From positions 224,001-288,000 of the forward strand of contig CANJVR010000003.1 in assembly GCA_947478395.1 (NCBI GenBank): DNA of 64,000 bases, in the 5' to 3' direction. Shown one piece after another: positions 31,019 through 45,856 of the stretch. The notes beneath the pieces were generated by a model, which was not told the origin of the DNA, ran no database searches, and saw nothing but the letters and a program-made list of their open reading frames with translations. Source of the DNA: Opitutia bacterium. Lineage in GTDB: Bacteria; Verrucomicrobiota; Verrucomicrobiia; Opitutales; Opitutaceae. The translations under genes were made by a program, and so were the position numbers. Every line of letters begins with the position of its first letter. The first letter of the stretch is position 1.

Positions 31019-31058
31019 AAAAAATCAGGTCGCAACGCCGGAGTGCGACCTGATTTTT
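31019..31058 (-). terminator. Intrinsic terminator of recA
   Basis: Long stem aaaaatcaggtcgca / tgcgacctgattttt with A/T tails. Confidence 0.85.
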
Positions 31059-31087
31059 AACGCTCAATGAGCGGAGTGGGAGTGAGC

Positions 31088-32161
31088 TTACTTTTCGTCG
31101 TCGTCTACGGTTTTGGGACCGGTCGCCGTGATGACGACCTTCTCCAGGATCGCCTTCGATATTTTTTCGGCGAGCTCGGGCTTTTCCTTGAGCGCGGCTT
31201 TGGCGGCGTCGCGCCCCTGGCCGACGAGATTCCCCTCGTAGGCAATCCACGCGCCTTTCTTCTCGAGAATCTTGTGTTCGATACCGAGGTCGATAAGCGA
31301 ACCCATTTTCGAGATGCCCTCATCGTACATAATGTCGAATTCCACCTCGGTGAACGGCGGCGCGACTTTGTTCTTCACGATTTTGATCTTAGTGCGGTTG
31401 CCGATGACCTTGCCCTCCGGCGTCTTGATCTGGTCTTTGCGCCGGATGTCGATGCGGACGGAGGAGAAAAATTTCAGGGCGCGACCGCCGGACGTTGTCT
31501 CGGGGCTGCCGAACATGACGCCGATTTTTTCGCGGATCTGATTCGTGAAGATACAGACGCAGTTTGTCTTGCTGACGACCGCGGTGAGGCGGCGCATGGC
31601 TTGCGACATCAGGCGGGCCTGACTGCCCATGGTCATGTCGCCCATCTGGCCGTCGAGTTCGGCCTTCGTGATGAGGGCGGCGACGGAATCGAGCACAATG
31701 ACGTCGATCGAGTTGGAGCGGATGAGCGTCTCCATGATGTTGAGCGCGTCTTCGCCGGAGTCGGGCTGCGAAACGAGGAGGTCGTCGAGATTCACGCCGA
31801 CGACGCGGGCGTATTTCGGATCGAGGGCGTGCTCCACATCGATGAAGGCGGCGAGTCCGCCCTTTTTCTGCGCTTCGGCGATGACGCTGAGACAGAACGT
31901 GGTTTTACCGGAGGATTCCGGTCCATAAATTTCGATGATACGACCCTTGGGCAAGCCGCCGACGCCGAGGGCGAGATCGACCGCGAGGGAGCCGGTCGAG
32001 AGGGTTTCGACCTTCATCTTGGCGTTGGAGCCGAGACGCATGATGGAGCCGTCGCCGAACGTTTTCGTGATGGCGGAAAGGGCGAGTTCGATATTTTTCT
32101 CGCGCGCGTGCGCGGCGGGCGCAACGGCGGCGGACTTGGTGGCGGGAGCGGCTTTAGACAT
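31088..32161 (-). CDS. recA: Recombinase A
   Basis: Motifs [18 protein letters not shown] and KNKVAPPF. Confidence 0.99.
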   Translation of the reverse strand: MSKAAPATKSAAVAPAAHAREKNIELALSAITKTFGDGSIMRLGSNAKMKVETLSTGSLAVDLALGVGGLPKGRIIEIYGPESSGKTTFCLSVIAEAQKKGGLAAFIDVEHALDPKYARVVGVNLDDLLVSQPDSGEDALNIMETLIRSNSIDVIVLDSVAALITKAELDGQMGDMTMGSQARLMSQAMRRLTAVVSKTNCVCIFTNQIREKIGVMFGSPETTSGGRALKFFSSVRIDIRRKDQIKTPEGKVIGNRTKIKIVKNKVAPPFTEVEFDIMYDEGISKMGSLIDLGIEHKILEKKGAWIAYEGNLVGQGRDAAKAALKEKPELAEKISKAILEKVVITATGPKTVDDDEK

Positions 32162-32270
32162 GGCGGGAGGAGTTAGAGGGAACGGTTAACCTTAATTGAA
32201 GAGCAAAGATGAGAGAGCGGGGCAGGGGAGAAGCAAGCGCTGCGTGTGAAATACGTGGCCGCTGACAAAC

Positions 32271-32642
32271 TTAGTGGCCGCTGGGCGGCGTCGCGCCTGG
32301 CTTGAAGGCCGTTGCGAACCAGACGGCGAGCAGGATCAGCGCGAAGCTCACGCCGTAGTTCCACGTGATTTTTTCCTTCAGGACGAGGGCCGCAAACACG
32401 ACAAAGACGGCGAGGGTGATGCACTCCTGGATGATCTTCAGCTGGTAGCCGCTAAACTCGCCGCTCAGATAACCACCCCGATTGGCCGGCACCATCAGGC
32501 AGTACTCGAAGAACGCGATGCCCCACGACACGACGATGACGGTGAGCAGCGATTTCCCCTCGAGAAACTTGAACTTCAGGTGTCCATACCAAGCAAACGT
32601 CATGAAAACGTTGGAGGCCGCGAGGAGGAGGATGGTTTTCAT
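32271..32642 (-). CDS. DMT-family small membrane protein
   Basis: Motifs SNVFMTFAWYGHLK, WGIAFFEYCLMVPANR and QLKIIQECITL. Confidence 0.88.
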   Translation of the reverse strand: MKTILLLAASNVFMTFAWYGHLKFKFLEGKSLLTVIVVSWGIAFFEYCLMVPANRGGYLSGEFSGYQLKIIQECITLAVFVVFAALVLKEKITWNYGVSFALILLAVWFATAFKPGATPPSGH

Positions 32643-32754
32643 CGTTTGAAACCGAATCTTGGAGCACCAACCGGCGCTAATCACCGCTATTGCAGGAAGC
32701 TCGGGCGAAGAGATTCGTGCCTAGCGCGGATCGGCGAAAATTAGCGTTCCCGAT

Positions 32755-33729
32755 TCAGGCGCGATAGTAGGTTTTGAACCACGCGACGAAGCGGCGCAGG
32801 CCTTCTTCGAGCGGGACTTTCGGGGTGTAACCCACCGCAGCGGTGACGCGGGTGAGATCGGCGCAAGTCTCCAGCATGTCCCCCGTTTGAGGCGGAAGCA
32901 GTTCGAGTTGCGCGGTCCGACCGAGGAGTTGTTCCAGTATTTGGACAAACAACAACGTCTCGACAGGGCGATGGTGTCCGAGATTGAAAATCCGCGCCGG
33001 CGGTACGGGCGCCTCTGCGGGAGGGTGGAGCAGGGTGCGCACGACGCCGTCGACGATATCGTCCACGTAGGTGAAATCACGGAGGTTCTTGCCGTGATTA
33101 AAAAGCTTCAGCGGCGTACCTGCGCACAGCGCGCGGGCGAAAATCGTCGGCGCCATATCGGGCCGACCCCACGGACCATAAACGGTGAAGAATCGCAGGC
33201 CAGTGACATTGAGTCCATGGGTGCGCGCGTAGCTGTGAGCGAGAAGTTCGTTAGCCTTCTTGGTTGCGCCGTAAAACGAAGTCGGCTGATCGGTGTCGTC
33301 CGTCTCACGAAACGGCGCCCGTGCCCCGGCACCGTAAACGCTGCTGCTCGAGGCATAGACGAGGTGTTTCGGCGGCGTACGGCGGCAGGCTTCCAGCACG
33401 CTGGCGAACCCTACGAGGTTGCTGTGCGTGTAAGCGGCGGGATTTTCCAGGCTGTAGCGCACACCCGGCTGCGCGCCGAGATGCACCACGTAATCCGGCC
33501 GAAAGTGGGCGACGATGCTATCCAAACGCTCCGCCTCGGCGAAGTCGGCCTGCATGAAACGAAATTTTTCCAGCGGCTGAAGTTCGGCCAGTCGCGCGCG
33601 TTTCAGTGCCACGTCGTAATAGTCCCCGAGGTTATCCAGTCCTAGCACATCGCAGCGTTTGGTCTCGGCGAGCCGACGCGCCACGTGGGAGCCGATGAAG
33701 CCGGCCGCGCCGGTCACGAGGACTTTCAT
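32755..33729 (-). CDS. NAD-dependent epimerase, UDP-glucuronate 4-epimerase-like
   Basis: Motifs TGAAGFIG, GVRYSLENP, YGATKKANE and RFFTVYGPWGRPDMA. Confidence 0.9.
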   Translation of the reverse strand: MKVLVTGAAGFIGSHVARRLAETKRCDVLGLDNLGDYYDVALKRARLAELQPLEKFRFMQADFAEAERLDSIVAHFRPDYVVHLGAQPGVRYSLENPAAYTHSNLVGFASVLEACRRTPPKHLVYASSSSVYGAGARAPFRETDDTDQPTSFYGATKKANELLAHSYARTHGLNVTGLRFFTVYGPWGRPDMAPTIFARALCAGTPLKLFNHGKNLRDFTYVDDIVDGVVRTLLHPPAEAPVPPARIFNLGHHRPVETLLFVQILEQLLGRTAQLELLPPQTGDMLETCADLTRVTAAVGYTPKVPLEEGLRRFVAWFKTYYRA

Positions 33730-33982
33730 TCCGCGAGCGATAAAGCCCAGCACTGGCGGCGGGAAGCTCCAAATTCAAACGCCGACGTGCCGGTAAATTC
33801 AGGGCCGCCCTTGAATCCACCGCACCGATCCTTGGACCGCGCACAACGATGAACGCCGATGGAACGGCGGCGAAAACATGGGATGGCCGTAAAAAATTTG
33901 CGCCACGACAAAGACGGGGCTTGCGGGAGCAAAAACGAGTTGTATCACTTGCGCCGTTTCTGTCCGCATCCACGTTCACCCA

Positions 33983-34318
33983 ATGAAGATCAAAGCCTAT
34001 CTGAAGCCCTCCTGCGGGTGGTCCAATGGCGTCCGCGCCATCATGCGGAAGCATAATCTCGCTTTCGAAGACATCGATATCATCAACAACCGCACCAATT
34101 ACGCGGAGATGGTGGCGAAGTCCGGCCAGCCGCTTTCGCCCTGCGTCGAAATCGATGGCGTGATGCTCGCCGACATCTCGGGCGAGGAAGTCGAAAATTA
34201 CCTGCTCAGCAACGATCTGGTAAAGCCGACCGATATTCCGGCCGGCACGGCGACCAACGCCGGGTGCTCCGACGAGGAGCACGCGAAGATGGCGACCAAA
34301 ACGGTGCGCTTCTTTTGA
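33983..34318 (+). CDS. Monothiol glutaredoxin-like protein (CGWS)
   Basis: Motifs KPSCGWS, FEDIDI and KSGQPLSPCVEIDG. Confidence 0.82.
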   Translation: MKIKAYLKPSCGWSNGVRAIMRKHNLAFEDIDIINNRTNYAEMVAKSGQPLSPCVEIDGVMLADISGEEVENYLLSNDLVKPTDIPAGTATNAGCSDEEHAKMATKTVRFF

Positions 34319-34503
34319 TGAGATCGAGGGCTCACCGCTCCTAAAGCACCCGGGCCGCTCTCGCACCAGCAGACCGGCCTTTTTTTTGCACATTCACCAA
34401 GCATCACGTCAACGCCCCGCCCGCGCGCACGAATCATGCTGTTAGCTCTCTTCCACCTGACTCTGAATTCCTGACACCTGTGAACACCCACCGGCCCCCG
34501 GAC

Positions 34504-39138
<4,635 letters not shown>

Positions 39139-39172
39139 GCAGAGTAAACCGATAAGTTTTAAGTCGGTAACC

Positions 39173-39217
39173 CTTACTCTTCCTACTCCTCTTACACCTC
39201 TTACTTCTCCTACACCT
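39173..39217. repeat. Five tandem degenerate 9-mers in the gltB-gltD spacer
   Basis: cttactctt cctactcct cttacacct cttacttct cctacacct. Confidence 0.8.
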
Positions 39218-39223
39218 CCGATC

Positions 39224-40708
39224 ATGGGCAAACCAACTGGCTTCATCGAATACCTGCGCGAGCTTCCCGTCGACCGCACACCGACCGAACGAGTGAAGGA
39301 CTGGAAGGAATTTCACCACCACATGGAGGAGAAAAAACTCCGCCATCAGGGTGCACGCTGCATGGATTGCGGCGTTCCATTCTGCCATACCGGCAAACTC
39401 ATCAGCGGCATGGCGTCCGGTTGTCCCATCAACAACCTCATCCCGGAGTGGAACGATCTCGTCTACCGCGGCCTATGGCACGAAGCGCTCGATCGTCTGC
39501 ACAAGACGAATAATTTCCCGGAGTTCACCGGCCGTGTTTGTCCCGCGCCCTGCGAAGGCTCCTGCGTGCTCGGCATGAACAATCCGCCGGTCACGATCAA
39601 AAACATCGAGGCCGCCATCACGGATCGCGGCTGGGATGAAGGTTGGGTTTTCCCCGAGACACCCAAGGTCCGCACGGGCAAGAAAGTCGCCGTCATTGGT
39701 TCTGGCCCCGCCGGTCTCTCGGCCGCTGCTCAACTCAACAAAGCCGGTCATACCGTGACGGTCTTCGAACGCGCCGATCGTCCCGGCGGATTACTCATGT
39801 ACGGCATCCCGAACATGAAGCTCGATAAAAAGGAAGTCGTGCTGCGCCGCATCCAGCTCATGGAGCAGGAAGGCATCAAATTCATCTGCAACGCGACGGT
39901 GGGCGAAAACGTCGAGGCGCAGATTTTCCTGAAGGAATACGACGCCACCGTCATCTGCACCGGCGCGACCAAGCCGCGCGATCTCCCGATCGAAGGCCGC
40001 AACCTCAAGGGCGTGCACTTCGCGATGGAATTTCTCACCGAAAACACCAAGGCGGTGCTCAATGGCGGCGCCGAGCACGCGGCGATTCACGCGAAGGACA
40101 AAGACGTAATCGTAATCGGCGGCGGCGACACCGGCACGGACTGCGTCGGCACGTCGATGCGCCACGGAGCGAAAAGCATCACGCAAATCGAAATTCTCCC
40201 GAAGCCCCCCCTTGATCGGCAGGCCGACAATCCCTGGCCCGAGTGGCCGAAGGTCTACAAGATGGACTACGGCCAAGAAGAAGCCGCGGCAAAATTCGGC
40301 GCTGATCCGCGCGTGTATCTCACCACCGTAAAAAAATTCATCGGTGACGCTGACGGCAAGTTGAAGGAAATCGTGACCGTCGAAATCAAGTGGGAAAAGA
40401 ACGAGCAGGGTCAGTTTATCCCCAAGGAACAGCCCGGCACCGAAAAGACGCGTCCCGCCCAACTCGTCCTGCTGGCGATGGGTTTCGTCGGGCCTGAGCA
40501 ATCGATCCTCAAGGACATCGGTGTGGCCGTCGACGGGCGTACCAACATCAAGGCCGAGCACGAAAAATACACGACCAACGTTCCGCGGATTTTCGCCGCC
40601 GGCGATTGTCGGCGTGGCCAAAGCCTCGTCGTCTGGGCGATTAACGAAGGCCGCGGCGCCGCCCGCGAGTGCGACCGCTTCCTGATGGGCGCGACCGACC
40701 TGCCGTAA
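39224..40708 (+). CDS. gltD: Glutamate synthase small subunit
   Basis: Motifs [26 protein letters not shown] and [14 protein letters not shown]. Confidence 0.98.
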   Translation: MGKPTGFIEYLRELPVDRTPTERVKDWKEFHHHMEEKKLRHQGARCMDCGVPFCHTGKLISGMASGCPINNLIPEWNDLVYRGLWHEALDRLHKTNNFPEFTGRVCPAPCEGSCVLGMNNPPVTIKNIEAAITDRGWDEGWVFPETPKVRTGKKVAVIGSGPAGLSAAAQLNKAGHTVTVFERADRPGGLLMYGIPNMKLDKKEVVLRRIQLMEQEGIKFICNATVGENVEAQIFLKEYDATVICTGATKPRDLPIEGRNLKGVHFAMEFLTENTKAVLNGGAEHAAIHAKDKDVIVIGGGDTGTDCVGTSMRHGAKSITQIEILPKPPLDRQADNPWPEWPKVYKMDYGQEEAAAKFGADPRVYLTTVKKFIGDADGKLKEIVTVEIKWEKNEQGQFIPKEQPGTEKTRPAQLVLLAMGFVGPEQSILKDIGVAVDGRTNIKAEHEKYTTNVPRIFAAGDCRRGQSLVVWAINEGRGAARECDRFLMGATDLP

Positions 40709-40807
40709 CCAGCCGAGCTTTCTCGACAAGATATGAGCGGGGTCGCGTACCCCCGCTCGGGGAGACTTGCGTATCATCGATTCTTCCACCCCTTCGCGGC
40801 ACTATCC

Positions 40808-41009
40808 TCCGGGTTCTTCAACTCGCCCGACGGCTACATTCTCCGCAACAACCGCATCGGACACGGCGCGCGCGAGTTGATTCACCGCGGCGCTCAACCC
40901 CGGCAACTCCAGCGGCCACTCGTCAACCCTGGCGGCGAAACTCATCGGCGTGAACCCAGCCATCGTCCGACGCGCCCAGGAAATCTGTTTCGCGATTGCG
41001 AGCAACACC
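40808..41009 (+). pseudogene. Degraded HtrA/DegP-type (S1C) serine protease relic
   Basis: SGFFNSPDGYILRNNRIGHGAREL resembles GSGFI..DGYILTNxHV. After a deletion, AALNPGNS/(G)PLVNPGGE/LIGVNPAIVRRAQEICFAIASNT resembles NPGNSGGPLVN..GEVIG.NTAI...QGI.FAI, across frameshifts. Confidence 0.75.
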
Positions 41010-41158
41010 CGGGACGGAATGCGGACCGTTCCCGCTTTCAGATGCTAATCAAGATCCGGGTGACGGGAATCGGCTCGGCTTAAACTCGCCTTCAGTGAAA
41101 TAACCCCGTGCCGCCGTTTTGTTTGGTTTTGCGCGGAGCAGTGAGTCAGCGTCGCACC

Positions 41159-42148
41159 ATGCCTCGATATTCTGGCTTCGATTCTAGTTCACGATCAGGC
41201 CCGCGGGAAACCACTTCCGGCGGTGAATTTGTCGCCCCGAGCGGAATGCGTCCCCGCGGCGCGGGCCTGGCGCGCGACGCGACTCCGTCACGGCCGGCTC
41301 CCGTCATGTCCGCCAAACCAGCTGTGGCTTCCCCGGCGCCGAAAACGGCCGTCGTGAAACCCGCCGAACGCGAGGGCGAAGAACCACGCGGTTCCCGCAG
41401 TGGTCCCGCGCGCGATGAATTAAAACTCTGCGGACTCACCGCGGTGCGGGCCCGTTTTGCCCGCGATCCCGGATCAATCCTCCGGCTTTTTTTCGATTAT
41501 CCGACCGGCAAACAGATCGGCGTGATGTGCAAGGTGCTCGCGCAGGGCAAAAAAGTTTATCGCTGTGTCGAACCAGCCGAACTCGAAAAAATCGCGGGCT
41601 CGATTCACCACGGCGGCATCGTCGCGGTCTGCGCACCGGCCGCTTTGAAAGCGGCGACGTCTGACGAACTCGCGAAATGGGCGCGGCGCGGCGAGGCCGT
41701 GCTGGTGCTCGATCGCATCGGGAACGCACACAACCTCGGTGCGATCGCGCGCACCGCCGCGTTCTTCGGCGTGCCCCGCATCGTGATTCCAGACGACGCG
41801 GCCTCGGCGAAACCCACCGACGCCGCCCATCGCGTGGCCGAGGGCGGTTTTGAACATCTCGAAGTCTGGCAGACGAAAAATCTCGCGGCGTTCGCGAAGG
41901 ATCTCGGTGCCGCCGGTTACGAAGTGATTGGTGCCGCCACGCGCGGTGGACGCGCCGACGCCACGCACGCCCAAAACCGCAAGCCGGTCGCGCTCTTACT
42001 GGGCAATGAAGAACATGGTCTGGCTCCCGACGTGACGGCCGCTTGCACCCGACTCGTGACCATCCCCGGGACCGGAAAAGTGGAATCGCTTAACGTCTCA
42101 GTCGCCGCAGCCGTGTTGATGTGGGAGCTGTTGGCGCGGCGCGATTGA
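41159..42148 (+). CDS. TrmH/SpoU-family RNA methyltransferase (YfiF-like) with low-complexity N-terminus
   Basis: Motifs GNAHNLGAIARTAAFFG, LGNEEHGL and IPGTGKVESLNVS. Confidence 0.9.
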   Translation: MPRYSGFDSSSRSGPRETTSGGEFVAPSGMRPRGAGLARDATPSRPAPVMSAKPAVASPAPKTAVVKPAEREGEEPRGSRSGPARDELKLCGLTAVRARFARDPGSILRLFFDYPTGKQIGVMCKVLAQGKKVYRCVEPAELEKIAGSIHHGGIVAVCAPAALKAATSDELAKWARRGEAVLVLDRIGNAHNLGAIARTAAFFGVPRIVIPDDAASAKPTDAAHRVAEGGFEHLEVWQTKNLAAFAKDLGAAGYEVIGAATRGGRADATHAQNRKPVALLLGNEEHGLAPDVTAACTRLVTIPGTGKVESLNVSVAAAVLMWELLARRD

Positions 42149-42371
42149 GCGGCCCGGTCGGTTGACTGGAGCGTTGCCTCTGAGCGTACGCGAACGGCGT
42201 TCGCGCTTTTCAACAGGCGGGTGACGTCAGCCGGGGCATCGCTCGGTGCGTTGGCCTCCGCGTTGGCCCTTCCAAAATCATCCTAAGCTTTAAATCCGTA
42301 GATTTTCCGCCGCGGATCTAGTTCGTCGGGCGTAGGGCAACGTTCCAAGGAACTACCGCCGCGGAATGAAG

Positions 42372-43667
42372 TTAAGCCTCCGCTTTCAGCGGAGCAAACT
42401 TCGGAACGAGCAGATGGAAGCTAGCGAGCGCGGCGAGATATGAGCAGCCAGCGATGATGAAAATTACGGTATAAACGTGATTCCCATCGGCCCCGGGTTT
42501 CTGTGCATCGAAAAGATTGCTCGTGAGATTGAGTAACAGAATCGCCCCGACCGAACCGGCCGTGCCGCCGAGACCCGCGACGGTCGCGACCGCGTGCTTA
42601 GGAAAAAGGTCGGAGACGCTCGTGTAGAGATTCGAGGACCAGCCCTGATGAGCGGCCATCATGAGACCGACGATAAAAACCGCCAGCCACAGGTTGCTAA
42701 TCTGAGTCACGAGCACGATCGGCAGCACGCACACGACGCACAAAAGCATCGCCGTCTTGCGCGCGCCATTGAGCGACCACCCCCGATGAAGGAGGGCCGA
42801 AGAAAGGCCACCACCACCCACGCTTCCCAGTGTCGCCATCAGGTAAATGGCAAAAAACGGCAGGCCTGCCGTCTTAATGCTCACCTTGAAATGATCGTAG
42901 AAAAAGGTCGGGAGCAGATAGACATTCCACCGAAAAATCATGTCCGTGAAAAATTTTCCCATGATGAACGCCCAGGCCTGCCGCGTGGCAAGGATGCGCC
43001 GGACCGGAATCATTTCGGTGATCGTATCAGGTGGATCGCTCTGGATAAGCGCGAGCTCGGCGGGAGAGACGCGCGGATGCACCGAGGGCAAACGGTAAAG
43101 AGCCGCCCAGAAAAGCAGCCAAATCAAGCCGCCACCGCCGAGAGCGATAAACGTCCATTGCCACCCGTAGTTGGAGAAGAGCCACGCCGCGATCAAAGGC
43201 ATGAGCATCGTGCCGACGTTGCTCCCGGCGTTGAACGCGCCGGCAACGGTGGCGCGTTCGCGCCGGGGAAACCACTCGGCCGCAGCCTTCGTCGCCGCCG
43301 GCCAAGCGCCCGATTCCGTGAGTCCGAGAAAGAACCGCACAATTTTAAAACCCACCACGGTCGCCACGCCGGCGTGCAGCGTGGAAACGAGACACCACGC
43401 GGCGAAAGACACCGCCAAGCCCAACTTCGTCCCAACTCGATCCAAAATCCGACCGGCAAACGCCAAGCCGATCGCGTAGGCGACTTCGAACCAGAGAGAA
43501 ATCGAAGGAATGTCGCTGTCACTCCAGTGGAATATTTTTTTCAATTCCGGAGCGAGCTGACCAAACAAAGCGCGATCGACGTAGTTGATCGTAGTCGCGG
43601 CGAATAATAAACCGCAGATCACCCACCGGAAGTGAGTCATCCGAGAAATCGGAGCAGGAGCGGACAT
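42372..43667 (-). CDS. MFS sugar-acid transporter (ExuT-like)
   Basis: Motifs RWVICGLLFAATTINYVDR, EWFPRRERA, AHQGWSSNL and SDLFPK. Confidence 0.88.
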   Translation of the reverse strand: MSAPAPISRMTHFRWVICGLLFAATTINYVDRALFGQLAPELKKIFHWSDSDIPSISLWFEVAYAIGLAFAGRILDRVGTKLGLAVSFAAWCLVSTLHAGVATVVGFKIVRFFLGLTESGAWPAATKAAAEWFPRRERATVAGAFNAGSNVGTMLMPLIAAWLFSNYGWQWTFIALGGGGLIWLLFWAALYRLPSVHPRVSPAELALIQSDPPDTITEMIPVRRILATRQAWAFIMGKFFTDMIFRWNVYLLPTFFYDHFKVSIKTAGLPFFAIYLMATLGSVGGGGLSSALLHRGWSLNGARKTAMLLCVVCVLPIVLVTQISNLWLAVFIVGLMMAAHQGWSSNLYTSVSDLFPKHAVATVAGLGGTAGSVGAILLLNLTSNLFDAQKPGADGNHVYTVIFIIAGCSYLAALASFHLLVPKFAPLKAEA

Positions 43668-43713
43668 TTTGGGGTGGGGTAAAAGCTAAACTAAGAAAGC
43701 CGGGCGCCGCCGA

Positions 43714-44520
43714 TCAGGTGGGCGGCTTCGGCTTCGCCACGAGCGCTCGGGTGTCGTTCACCGTGATGCCACCATCGACGAGCAGGGTCTGCCCGGTGAC
43801 GTATGCACTGGCATCACTCGAAAGAAACACGAGCGCCCCGGTAAGATCATCGATCTGTCCCGGACGGCGCAGAGGAATCTTATCGCTCAGATATTTCACC
43901 CACTCGAGGTTGTCGTAGAGCACAGCGTTCTGAGCGGTTTTAAACCAGCCGGGGGCGAGACAATTTACCGTCACGCCATGCGGGCCCCAATCGGCCGCGA
44001 GGCTCATCGTCAATTGCTTGATGCCGCCGCGACTCGCGCCGTAGGGCGTAAGACCGGCATAGCCGGCGACGCTGGTGACCGAGCCGATGTTCACGATGCG
44101 ACCGCGACCGGCCGCGATCATGTGCGGAGCAACAGCCTGCGCGACGAAGAAGGGGCCGCGCAGATTGGTATCGAGAATCGTGTTCCAGTCTTCCCAGGAA
44201 ACCTCCAGTGCCGGTTTACGAATGTTACAGCCGGCATTGTTGATCAGGATATCGAACTTGCCGAAATGCGCATGCGCGGCAGCGACGGCAGCGACGATGC
44301 TCTTGTGATCACGCACGTCGAGGACGACGGGGAACGCGCGCCGCCCGAGCGCAGTGATGGCGCTGGCGGTCGCTTCGAGCGATTCAAGGGTGCGGCTCGT
44401 GATGGCGACGTCGGCGCCGGCACGCGCGAGCGAGAGGGCGAAGTGTTTACCAAGACCACGGCTGGCGCCGGTAACGAGGGCAACTTTGCCGGTGAGATCG
44501 AAAATGGCGGGAGATGACAT
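43714..44520 (-). CDS. SDR oxidoreductase (gluconate 5-dehydrogenase/KduD-like)
   Basis: Motifs FDLTGKVALVTGASRGLG, NNAG, YGASRGG and NCLAPGWF. Confidence 0.88.
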   Translation of the reverse strand: MSSPAIFDLTGKVALVTGASRGLGKHFALSLARAGADVAITSRTLESLEATASAITALGRRAFPVVLDVRDHKSIVAAVAAAHAHFGKFDILINNAGCNIRKPALEVSWEDWNTILDTNLRGPFFVAQAVAPHMIAAGRGRIVNIGSVTSVAGYAGLTPYGASRGGIKQLTMSLAADWGPHGVTVNCLAPGWFKTAQNAVLYDNLEWVKYLSDKIPLRRPGQIDDLTGALVFLSSDASAYVTGQTLLVDGGITVNDTRALVAKPKPPT

Positions 44521-44581
44521 GGAAAAATGCAGGGAGGAAGAAGTAGCGACCGTGATGTGACGACCTGCCGTTGATTTAGCC

Positions 44582-45616
44582 TTACGGGGTCAGAATGACC
44601 TTCATGAATTTGCTGCCGTCTTTTTGGCTGAGGCGATCGAACCATTCCGCGCCTTCCGCAAGCGGCGCAACCGCGCTGATCATCGGTTCGACGCGAACGA
44701 TGCCGCGCGCGATGAGATCGAGGCACAAGGGATATTCGCCGGAAGAACCACACGTGCCGTGCAGGGTGAGCTCTTTGGTCACGACGGCCTGCAAGGGGAA
44801 ATCGGTTTTGGGGGCAAGGTTGCCTACAAGCACCGCGTGGCCGCCCCGCCGCAGGGTGGCGATGGCGAGGTTGAGCGTAGGCGAAATGCCGACGACCTCC
44901 ATCGCGACATCCGCGCCGCGACCCTCGGTGAGTTTGCCGACCTCAGCCACCACGTCGCAAGCATCGGACTTCAACGTATGCGTCGCGCCCAGCTCCTTCG
45001 CGAGGGCAAGGCGGTTTTCTGCGAGATCGACGGCGATGATCTGTTTCGCGCCGGCCCAGCGGAGGACTTGAATGACAAAAAGACCGATCATGCCCGCGCC
45101 TACGACGACGGCCGTGTCGGTCGGCGCAATCTTCACCCGCTGGACGGCGTGCACGGCGATGGAAACCGGTTCGACCATGGCGGCGTGGGTGAAACTCAGC
45201 GCATCCGGCAACTGGTAGAGAATGCGCGCCGGCAGGGCGAGTTGCTCCGCGAACGCCCCGTGCTGACGGTATTCGACCGGGGACACGCCGACGACCCGGC
45301 GGTTTTCGCACAGATTGACCTGTCCCGCGCGGCAAGGACCGCAGTTGCCACAATAAATGGTGGAATCGAACGTGACCCGATCGCCGGCCCGCCAGCGCTG
45401 GACCTTGGGGCCGACGGCAATAATTTCACCCGAGGCTTCGTGGCCCATGACCAACGGCGGGCGGCGACGGCCGGTGGAGCCATCCCAGCCATGGATATCG
45501 CTGCCGCAAATGCCGCAAGCACGGATGCGCAGCAGGACTTCTTCATCGGCCGGAACCGGCGCTGGGAAGTCGACAAACTCTAGTTTAGAAGGGGCGGTAA
45601 GGAGAAGGGCTTTCAC
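44582..45616 (-). CDS. Zn-dependent polyol/sugar-acid dehydrogenase
   Basis: Motifs GICGSD, GHE, CGNCGPCRAGQVNLC and GAGMIG. Confidence 0.9.
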   Translation of the reverse strand: MKALLLTAPSKLEFVDFPAPVPADEEVLLRIRACGICGSDIHGWDGSTGRRRPPLVMGHEASGEIIAVGPKVQRWRAGDRVTFDSTIYCGNCGPCRAGQVNLCENRRVVGVSPVEYRQHGAFAEQLALPARILYQLPDALSFTHAAMVEPVSIAVHAVQRVKIAPTDTAVVVGAGMIGLFVIQVLRWAGAKQIIAVDLAENRLALAKELGATHTLKSDACDVVAEVGKLTEGRGADVAMEVVGISPTLNLAIATLRRGGHAVLVGNLAPKTDFPLQAVVTKELTLHGTCGSSGEYPLCLDLIARGIVRVEPMISAVAPLAEGAEWFDRLSQKDGSKFMKVILTP

Positions 45617-45856
45617 GGGTAAGAGGATTGAATGCAGAAGTGCGAATAAGAGTCACGCCTCGGATTCATTCGAGCGCGGCCGGCTCATTTCCGCGGGCAA
45701 ACGGACCGCTGGCTCCCGGATTTCGAGTAAAAAGCACGGACGCTTCAGCCGACCAACCTGCCGCTCTGTCCGATTCCAGATAAAAAAATAAAATTGCAGG
45801 CGAGCCTTTGCTCAGCTGAATCCTTTTTCGTCAATCAACGTCATCCCAACCCGACC

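Noticed and set aside
31067..32176. 369-aa plus-strand ORF spanning recA
   Set aside because: Antisense shadow of a codon-biased gene; no recognisable motifs.
32162..32270. Possible LexA box upstream of recA
   Set aside because: No TGTTC-N4-GAACA, CTGT-N8-ACAG or GAAC-N4-GTTC match seen.
39173..39217. Tandem repeats as a possible CRISPR array
   Set aside because: The units are 9 bp with no spacers, and there are no cas genes in the window.
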